Shown in pieces: positions 1 through 7,103 of a stretch of 64,000 nt of DNA. Both the position numbers and the translations under genes were made by a program. The stretch is from Candidatus Microgenomates bacterium. Lineage in GTDB: Bacteria > Patescibacteriota > Microgenomatia > UBA8517. The stretch is taken from NCBI GenBank assembly GCA_049523135.1, contig JBEKNE010000001.1:146095-210094 (forward strand). The letters run 5' to 3'. Position 1 is the stretch's first letter; the number at the start of each line of letters is the position of its first letter. A model generated the notes under the pieces. The model was given only the letters and a program-made list of their open reading frames with translations, searched no databases and was not told the origin of the DNA.

Positions 1-340
1 AGTCAAGTATTATTTGCGTTACGCAGATGATTTTGTGATAGTGAGCGGAAATAAAAAATATCTTGGGAAACTAATTATTCAAATATATAATTTTTTGCAA
101 AGCCAACTTAGACTCTTTCTTCATCCCGATAAAGTTTATATAAGAAAATATTCCCAGGGGATAGACTTTTTAGGTTATATTGTTCTCCCACATTATAAAG
201 TTGTGAGAACAAAAACAAAGAAAAGAATTATTAAGAAATTGAATAGAAAAAATCTTGCATCTTATATGGGTGTTTTATCTCATGCGAATAGTTTTAGGTT
301 GGAACAGTCTTTACGAAATATGCTTCTGAAAGATATATAA
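1..340 (+). CDS. Reverse transcriptase, C-terminal fragment (5' end lies off-window); DGR-type or group-II-intron-like RT lacking maturase and endonuclease domains
   Basis: The reading frame is open from nt 2, giving ..VKVYLRYADDFVIV. This is the RT motif C (YADD), followed by LHPDKVYIRKY..GIDFLGY and a basic RKxxKRIIKKLNRK tail. The pattern matches the fingers/palm C-terminus of group II and DGR RTs, and the protein ends about 100 aa after YADD. Confidence 0.6.
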   Translation, partial: VKYYLRYADDFVIVSGNKKYLGKLIIQIYNFLQSQLRLFLHPDKVYIRKYSQGIDFLGYIVLPHYKVVRTKTKKRIIKKLNRKNLASYMGVLSHANSFRLEQSLRNMLLKDI

Positions 341-349
341 TAGGAAAAT

Positions 350-1294
350 ATGAAAACTTGTTTAGTAACTGGCGGGGCAGGATTTATTGGAAGCTATCTT
401 TGTGATCTCTTAATTGGAAAGGGTTACAAAGTAATTTGTCTGGATAATCTTCTGACCGGTTCCAAGAAAAATATAGAACACCTTCTGAGTAATCCCAACT
501 TTGAATTTATCGAAGGGGATACCACTCAACCAAGTGAAAAGCTGTTCGGTAAGCCCATCGATTATATTTTTCATCTTGCTTCCCCCGCGTCTCCTATTGA
601 TTATCAAAATTACTCGGAAGAGACACTATTAGCCAATTCTATGGGAACTTTAAATATACTGAAATTAGCTAAAGAAACTGGAGCGAAAGTTCTTATAACT
701 TCAACATCTGAAATCTACGGAGACCCACTTGAGCACCCACAGAAGGAGACTTATTTTGGAAATGTTAACACTTTTGGGCCGCGCTCCTGTTATGACGAGA
801 GCAAAAGATTCGGGGAAGCGGCTACTTATGTCTTTTTGGCTAAATACGGAATTGATGCAAGAATAATTAGAATTTTTAATACCTATGGTCCAAGAATGCA
901 GAAGGATGACGGGCGGGTAGTAAGCAGTTTTATTAATAAGGCTCTTGCAAACGAGACGATAAATGTTGACGGTGACGGAACTCAAACGAGGTCGTTTTGT
1001 TTTGTATCCGATATGGTTGAGGGAATTATGAAGGCAATGTTTACCGAAGGAACAAAAGGGGAAATATTTAATTTAGGTAACCCTGACGAATATAAAATCA
1101 AAGATCTGGCGAATAAAATTATTGTTCTAACCGGTTCAAAATCGGACATCAAATATAACGGAAAATTCAGAGAAGATGATCCCATGAGGAGACAGCCTGA
1201 TATTTCAAAGGCCAAAGAAAAATTGGGTTGGGAGCCAATAGTAGGTTTGGAAGAAGGACTTCAAAAAACGATTGAGTATTACAAAAATAATTAA
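350..1294 (+). CDS. NAD-dependent epimerase/dehydratase, UDP-glucuronate decarboxylase (UDP-xylose synthase)-like
   Basis: N-terminal Rossmann motif TGGAGFIGS. The TSTSEIYGDP and YDESKR (YxxxK) catalytic motifs are typical of UXS/ArnA-type SDR enzymes. Length is 314 aa. Confidence 0.8.
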   Translation: MKTCLVTGGAGFIGSYLCDLLIGKGYKVICLDNLLTGSKKNIEHLLSNPNFEFIEGDTTQPSEKLFGKPIDYIFHLASPASPIDYQNYSEETLLANSMGTLNILKLAKETGAKVLITSTSEIYGDPLEHPQKETYFGNVNTFGPRSCYDESKRFGEAATYVFLAKYGIDARIIRIFNTYGPRMQKDDGRVVSSFINKALANETINVDGDGTQTRSFCFVSDMVEGIMKAMFTEGTKGEIFNLGNPDEYKIKDLANKIIVLTGSKSDIKYNGKFREDDPMRRQPDISKAKEKLGWEPIVGLEEGLQKTIEYYKNN

Positions 1295-2781
1295 ACCTTC
1301 TCGGTGACTTTATATTGAATATATTTTCCCAGCATTAGCCTCGTGTGGGCGTCGATGCCGGGAAGAGCAGAAAAGAAAAATCCGGCGATAGGCAATAAAA
1401 TAAATTCAAACGGGGTCAGAATTAATCTGAAAAGAGAAAAATTATTCGGTCTTTTGGGTTTATGCATATTGTCAATTACTATCATTATGACCAGGAAGAC
1501 AAGCGAGATTGTCAGAATAAAAGATGAGAGTCTGGGGACGGTGTAACCTAATGCAGTTCTTCCGAAAGCGGGATTGAGAAGCGTCGGAACAGTAAGTCCA
1601 ACCGTGATAATAAACCAGTTAACTGGCCAGAGGAAGTGGGACCAGATAACCTGCATCAGTCTTGTTGTCTTATCCCAAAAAGGAATGTCACGGGCCAGAA
1701 GATAACTTTTAATTATCCAGGGATCATCACTTACACCCCAAGCCCAACGCTGAATTTGCTGATATTGGTTTTGTAAAGTTTTCCAAAAGGAAGTGGATTG
1801 AGCCGCATCAGCCATTAAGGGTAGGTATATAGGGTCAACTTCAATTCCGCCACCGCTTTTGTAAAAGGCTTTGAAAAATATTCCCCAATCTTCCGGAATT
1901 TTATCCGCATCCCAATAACCGACACCGTCAAGCAATTTATATGAAAGTGAGTAATTTTGGGCATTAATTAAGCGGTCTTTACGGGGAAGCTGGGAAAGGT
2001 TCCAGATTGTCATCAAAGTATTCGGAACGCGGGTTATAGCTGGAATTTCCCAAATATTGTTATAAAACATAACCGAAGGTTGCCAGAACATTTTATATCG
2101 TGCAGGATTGTCCAAGAACTTAAAGGTTAAACAGGCAAAGTGTTTGGGGTGAAATTTGTGGTCTGCATCACATGATGTAACAGTGAAATAATTAATATCC
2201 AACTTATTTGGGTCAATGTAGTTTTCTTTAACCCAGATGGCCGCGTGCCGCTCATTTGAAGCTTTGCCGGCAACTTCACCCATTTTAAGTTCATGAACAG
2301 TCATAAACATGTGCCCGAAAGTTTTTCCGTATTTGGCTTTCAGCACTTCCCATTTGGCATTTCTATCTTGAGCGATTTCTTTTCCTTCCATGGCCAAAAC
2401 AGGAATGATTTGCTTTGTCGGAAATTCCTGAGAAGCAAGAGAATCAAGAGTTCTTTCAAGAATATGAAGGGGCTCTTTATAAGTCGGGATAATTACAACA
2501 TGCCGTACTTTTTCCCAATCGGGGAATCCTTTTACATCTCCCATCCAGTCGTAAACCTTTGCCGCTTGAATTCTGGTATGGGAAATTATTGAGGAAATTG
2601 CAATTTGAAGCGACTGATAGAACCAGTAAATGTTAAAAAATAGAATAAAGTAAGCTACAAATACAGGAAAAACAAAAATTCCCCAGTAGGGAAGAAGAAT
2701 CAGGTTCCAGGAAACAAATCCGGGAAGAATTTCCAAAGCCCGCAATATTCCTTTGTCGTGTTTGATTATAAAATCGCGCAT
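1291..2781 (-). CDS. Membrane-bound family-2 processive glycosyltransferase (cellulose/chitin synthase-like)
   Basis: N-terminal TM helices, a DAD (DxD) motif, a QQIQRWAWG (QxxRW) motif and C-terminal TM helices. Confidence 0.6.
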   Translation of the reverse strand: MRDFIIKHDKGILRALEILPGFVSWNLILLPYWGIFVFPVFVAYFILFFNIYWFYQSLQIAISSIISHTRIQAAKVYDWMGDVKGFPDWEKVRHVVIIPTYKEPLHILERTLDSLASQEFPTKQIIPVLAMEGKEIAQDRNAKWEVLKAKYGKTFGHMFMTVHELKMGEVAGKASNERHAAIWVKENYIDPNKLDINYFTVTSCDADHKFHPKHFACLTFKFLDNPARYKMFWQPSVMFYNNIWEIPAITRVPNTLMTIWNLSQLPRKDRLINAQNYSLSYKLLDGVGYWDADKIPEDWGIFFKAFYKSGGGIEVDPIYLPLMADAAQSTSFWKTLQNQYQQIQRWAWGVSDDPWIIKSYLLARDIPFWDKTTRLMQVIWSHFLWPVNWFIITVGLTVPTLLNPAFGRTALGYTVPRLSSFILTISLVFLVIMIVIDNMHKPKRPNNFSLFRLILTPFEFILLPIAGFFFSALPGIDAHTRLMLGKYIQYKVTEKV

Positions 2782-2791
2782 AACTAGTATT

Positions 2792-4333
2792 TTAACTCAA
2801 ACGGGAGAAGAGTGGGTCGATTGGTACAATTTCTGTTCCAGGCTTAAGATTTGTCCAGCTATCTTTAGAATTTGGATTCTCGGTAAGTAAACCTTTTATT
2901 TGCAAGGCTTTGGCAATTTTTAATGAAGTTTCCGGCATAAATGGGTAAATTTGCCAGGCGATTTGGTGTAGAGAGTCTAATACTCCATAAATAATCCAAT
3001 CAAATTTTTCTTGATCATTTCCAATTAAACTCCAGGGTTCATTTATATTTATATATTTATCGACATCGTTTATAAATTCCCAAACAGATTTAATTGCTTC
3101 ATCAAATCTGTATTCTGGTAAGAATGCATCTATGTCCTTCCAGACTTTTTTCCAGTTGTGAATAGATTCATCAATTCTTAATGGATGATCATCTGCGACC
3201 TTATTTCCAATATCAGGAACTTTTCCGCTACAACCTTTTATTGCTAAAGAAATTGTTCTTGCAACCAAGTTTCCCAGCCCATTAGCAAGTTCGCCGTTAT
3301 AAGTTGCTTTAAACTTTTCAAAAGTGAAATCTGAATCTTCAAACGGATTAATTTTTGCCAGGAGATAATAACGGAGAGCATCGGTTCCGTATTTTTCTGC
3401 AACTTCAATTGGGTTAATTGTGTTTCCAAGACTCTTGCTGATTTTTTGCCCGTTAACTGTAATAAATCCGTGGATAAAAACTTGTTTGGAATTTGGAAGT
3501 CCTGCAGAAAGAAGCATTGCCTGCCAAATAGCAGTTTGCTGGCGCAAATTATCTTTCCCTGCGACCTGAATTCCCGGCCAGAAATTTTCATAATTTTTGA
3601 TATCCTTCGGCCAACCCAAAGTAGAAATGTAATTGATCAAAGCATCAAACCAAACATACATTACTTGTGTATTGTCTTCTGGAACAGGGATTCCCCATGG
3701 CATCTTGCTTTTAAGCCGTGAGATAGAAAAATCCTGTAAGCCTTCTTTGACAAAAGATTTAATTTCATTGAATTTGCCGGCAGGAACAACAAAATCGGGG
3801 TTTTTATCGTAAAAATCCAAAAGCGGCTTTTGGTATTTTGAAAACTTAAAGAAATAGTTTTCCTCCTCAATTATTTCAAGTTCCTGGTTTGGGTGAAGCG
3901 GGCAACGGCTGTCGACCAGTTCAGAATCGGTTTTTTCCAGCTCACAGCCGACGCAATACTTGGTTTTGTAAAGTTTTTTATAAATATCGCCGTTTTTATC
4001 ACAGAGTTTCCAAAATTCCTGTGCGGCTTTAATGTGTTTGGGATCGGTGGTTCTAATGAAGTTCGTATAGCTGAGGTTTAGGGCTTTTTTAAGAGCATCG
4101 AATTTTGCGGCATATTCATCACAGTATTCCTGCGGGTCGCGCCCCAGTTCCTTTGCCTTTTGATAAATCTTTTGGCCATGCTCATCCGTGCCGAAGTTAA
4201 AGACAACCTCTTCACTCAAAAGTTTGTGGTAGCGGGCTAGGGCGTCCGCCTGCACGATTTCCAAAGCAAATCCCACGTGCGGGTCAGAATTTACATATGG
4301 TAATGCTGTTGTAATATAAAATTTGTTTTTCAT
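2792..4333 (-). CDS. metG: Methionyl-tRNA synthetase
   Basis: The N-terminal YITTALPYVNSDPHVGF is a HIGH-like region. A Cys4 zinc knuckle (CVGCE..CPLH) and the KISKSLGN (KMSKS) motif are present. Confidence 0.9.
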   Translation of the reverse strand: MKNKFYITTALPYVNSDPHVGFALEIVQADALARYHKLLSEEVVFNFGTDEHGQKIYQKAKELGRDPQEYCDEYAAKFDALKKALNLSYTNFIRTTDPKHIKAAQEFWKLCDKNGDIYKKLYKTKYCVGCELEKTDSELVDSRCPLHPNQELEIIEEENYFFKFSKYQKPLLDFYDKNPDFVVPAGKFNEIKSFVKEGLQDFSISRLKSKMPWGIPVPEDNTQVMYVWFDALINYISTLGWPKDIKNYENFWPGIQVAGKDNLRQQTAIWQAMLLSAGLPNSKQVFIHGFITVNGQKISKSLGNTINPIEVAEKYGTDALRYYLLAKINPFEDSDFTFEKFKATYNGELANGLGNLVARTISLAIKGCSGKVPDIGNKVADDHPLRIDESIHNWKKVWKDIDAFLPEYRFDEAIKSVWEFINDVDKYININEPWSLIGNDQEKFDWIIYGVLDSLHQIAWQIYPFMPETSLKIAKALQIKGLLTENPNSKDSWTNLKPGTEIVPIDPLFSRLS

Positions 4334-5292
4334 AACTGAATTGTACCATTTTGTACCCTCGAATTGATGTTTTCCATAACTTTTGTGAAGTCAGACCTCC
4401 TTTTTGAGTGTCTAAGGTAAAGGAAGACTAACTTATGTAACACTGCGAGGGATTTAGAGTCGTTAATGGTAATTCTCCAGAAATCATTGTTTTGGCCTAC
4501 TCTTTTTTGTCTCTCGAGAATATAAATTGATTTTATTTTGTGTATTTTTAGCCATGTGTGAATTTGTTCAAGTATTTCCTTATCATATGATCCCAGTCGG
4601 AATCTTGATCTTTTATCGTAAATGCCGAAACTTCCTTCTGCATCAATATATCCACCAACAAAGGCCGCCATGTTGGTATTACTTAAAAGAATCCATTTTT
4701 CGATATTTTTACTTTTGGGTAATAGAAATAAAAAGGATGGATGGAGAATTGTCGAAAAACTCATGACACCAATTTTATTTGGCTTACTAACCCAGACTTT
4801 GGAATATTTTTTAAAAAGATTTTTGACCAATATGATCTGATCATTTTTGGTGGTATTGGTGCCTACTAAAATCATTTTAGTTTTTGGGCTTGATTGCCTT
4901 ATGCCTAAATCCCCTAAACGAAAACCTATCATGTAGGCTTTTTCTTTTAACGACCCGTTAAATGCTAGTTTTTTTCCGGTATTTGCCTCCCAACTATCAC
5001 GTAGGGGGATATTAAAATTTCTCATTCTCTTTAATATACCAGAAGCAGTCATGTGATAAGTGATACCAATCTGTTTAAGTGATAGATGTTTGTTTTGATA
5101 CAAATCTAATAAGGCATCCTTACTAATTAACGGCTTTCTAATTGACCGTGTTTTTATATGATATTTTTTGAGATATCTATAAACAGTTTTCGGATCACAA
5201 TTTAAAATTGTGGCAATTTTATAAGTAGATAATTTATCTTTTATGTACAATCTATTTAGTTCAGAATCAGAGGTATTCGGAGAGTGTCTCAT
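4330..5292 (-). CDS. Free-standing LAGLIDADG homing endonuclease with N-terminal tandem HTH DNA-binding repeats
   Basis: Two LAGLIDADG-type motifs: YMIGFRLGDLGI and FVGGYIDAEGSFGI. The N-terminus carries two HTH-like repeats (KIATILNCDPKTVYRYLKK and LKQIGITYHMTASGILKRM). The stop codon overlaps the metG start (ATGA). Confidence 0.55.
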   Translation of the reverse strand: MRHSPNTSDSELNRLYIKDKLSTYKIATILNCDPKTVYRYLKKYHIKTRSIRKPLISKDALLDLYQNKHLSLKQIGITYHMTASGILKRMRNFNIPLRDSWEANTGKKLAFNGSLKEKAYMIGFRLGDLGIRQSSPKTKMILVGTNTTKNDQIILVKNLFKKYSKVWVSKPNKIGVMSFSTILHPSFLFLLPKSKNIEKWILLSNTNMAAFVGGYIDAEGSFGIYDKRSRFRLGSYDKEILEQIHTWLKIHKIKSIYILERQKRVGQNNDFWRITINDSKSLAVLHKLVFLYLRHSKRRSDFTKVMENINSRVQNGTIQL

Positions 5293-5421
5293 AATTTATA
5301 TTAACCAATCTAGAAGATTAAATCAAGCTTTATGGCTTAGCATTAACGTAGGGCGAGGTGGTGATGATGTAATATTTTTCTTGTCCACACTCGTATTGTA
5401 CAGCGAAATTGGGGATCGAGG

Positions 5422-5751
5422 CTACTTTTTGGAGAGATTCTTGATACGCTTCGCCCAGACATTGGCCCATTCTTCAGCCTCCATATATTTTATGGCAAGC
5501 TTGATGCCGGGCTTTTCCATTATTTTTTTGACGTCTTTAATATATTTGTCGGTTACACCGAGATTATTTTGGATAATGTCATCGGGACGTTTTTTTCTAA
5601 TCCAGTAAACTACCGCCAGTTTTTTAATAAGTTTTTCATAGTCGTTCTCCATTAAATCTTCCAAAACAGAATCAATCTCTTTTTTATCTTTTAAGTCCTC
5701 AATGAGTTGAAGAAATGTTTGTTTTAAGGTTTTTTGAAGCGAGGAATTCAT
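5422..5751 (-). CDS. TrpR/YerC-YecD-like small DNA-binding protein
   Basis: The LKDKKEIDSVLEDL...GVTDKYIKDVKK pattern resembles the YerC/TrpR-like family. Length is 109 aa. Confidence 0.35.
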   Translation of the reverse strand: MNSSLQKTLKQTFLQLIEDLKDKKEIDSVLEDLMENDYEKLIKKLAVVYWIRKKRPDDIIQNNLGVTDKYIKDVKKIMEKPGIKLAIKYMEAEEWANVWAKRIKNLSKK

Positions 5752-6083
5752 CTAAGAGTGAAATATAGCTCGATACAGACTGCTATTGCAACTATCAGAA
5801 TTAAATTCAATATGTTTCCAACCCCAAGATAAAAAAGAATCAGAAAAAGAGTTGACGCAATTGTGGCTACCATTCCGCGGCGGCTATTGGCAAAAATCAG
5901 GGAAAAAGTAAAAAGGAAACAAGCAAAAATCAAGAGGAAGAAAAGATAAATAACTCCGAATGTTCCCGGGTCAACAAAATAAATTAGGCCGCCCAGAAGT
6001 ATCCAGAGAAGAACCGTAACAAGCAAAGTTGGCAGAAAATTCTTTCTTTTTAATGCCTGTTCTCTATGTGATTTTTTTCTCAC
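5748..6083 (-). CDS. Small polytopic membrane protein, hypothetical
   Basis: Three predicted TM helices. Its stop overlaps the start of the downstream gene. Confidence 0.35.
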   Translation of the reverse strand: MRKKSHREQALKRKNFLPTLLVTVLLWILLGGLIYFVDPGTFGVIYLFFLLIFACFLFTFSLIFANSRRGMVATIASTLFLILFYLGVGNILNLILIVAIAVCIELYFTLR

Positions 6084-6110
6084 TTTGGTGTGTTAGAATA
6101 GTCTGACCTT

Positions 6111-7103
6111 ATGGACCCGATTATTACACTCATTATAGTCTTAGCGGCCCTTGTTATTGTAGCTGTATTTATCAACAAAAAATTAAACGATTTAAAAGAA
6201 TCACAAAAACCTTCAGAAGAACTTCTGGAAGTGATTAAAATGCTTCAAACAGGAAGTAAAGAGGATAGACGTGTTCTTCTTAACTCGCTTCAGCAAAATA
6301 CGCAAGCGATGAATGAAAGACTTGATAACGCCGCAAGAGTGATTTCTCAAGTTCAAAAAAACATTGGGGAATTTTCCGAAATCGGGCGGGGGATGAAAGA
6401 TCTTCAGGATTTTTTGAGAAGCCCGAAACTTAGAGGAAATGTTGGAGAACGAGTTTTGAAAGAAATGCTGGGACAGTTTTTACCCAAGGAATCATTTAAT
6501 TTGCAATATACTTTTAAAAGCGGAGACAAAGTTGATGCAGCCATAAAAACTTCAGCTGGAATTATTCCCGTTGATTCAAAATTCCCGATGGAAAATTTCA
6601 GAAAAATGAGTGGGGAGGGGACTGATGCGGAAAAGAAACTATATGAAAAAGATTTTGTTAAGGATGTTAAGACCCATATTGATGCAATTTCCAGAAAATA
6701 TATTTTAACTGAAGAAGGAACTATTGATTATGCCCTGATGTACATTCCTTCGGAGGGGGTTTATTACGAAGTTGTAAATAATCAGGATCTTTTTGATTAT
6801 TCACAGGAGAAGAGAGTTCTTCCGGTTTCTCCGACAACATTTTATGCATATCTAAGGGCAATTTTGATGAGCTTTGAGGGACAAAAAATAGATCTTAAAG
6901 CAAAAGAAATCCTTTCTTCACTTCGCGCAATACAAAAAGACTATGGAAAAGTTGAGGAAAATTTGGGAACTCTTCAAAAACATATGACAAATGCTTATAA
7001 CATGATGACTAATGTCTTTTCTTCATTTACATCTCTTGGACAAAAAATCAGTTCGACTCAAAATTTGGGAGGAGAAATTGAAAAGAAAAAAGAGTTGGAC
7101 TAA
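6111..7103 (+). CDS. rmuC: DNA recombination protein RmuC
   Basis: N-terminal TM plus a coiled coil. The C-terminal motifs IIPVDSKFP, ALMYIPSEGVYYE and VLPVSPTTFYAYLRAI match the RmuC nuclease-like domain. Confidence 0.75.
   Translation: MDPIITLIIVLAALVIVAVFINKKLNDLKESQKPSEELLEVIKMLQTGSKEDRRVLLNSLQQNTQAMNERLDNAARVISQVQKNIGEFSEIGRGMKDLQDFLRSPKLRGNVGERVLKEMLGQFLPKESFNLQYTFKSGDKVDAAIKTSAGIIPVDSKFPMENFRKMSGEGTDAEKKLYEKDFVKDVKTHIDAISRKYILTEEGTIDYALMYIPSEGVYYEVVNNQDLFDYSQEKRVLPVSPTTFYAYLRAILMSFEGQKIDLKAKEILSSLRAIQKDYGKVEENLGTLQKHMTNAYNMMTNVFSSFTSLGQKISSTQNLGGEIEKKKELD

Noticed and set aside
3244-4081. Several 60-115 aa ORFs (for example 3244-3591 on the minus strand, 3446-3721 on the plus strand, 3893-4081 on the plus strand) overlapping metG
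   Set aside because: They are entirely nested within or antisense to the well-supported metG reading frame. They have no motifs and low-complexity translations, which is typical of spurious ORFs in AT-rich DNA.
5243-5608. 121-aa plus-strand ORF spanning the HE start and the TrpR-like gene
   Set aside because: It overlaps two better-supported minus-strand genes and has a low-complexity hydrophobic translation, so it is likely spurious.
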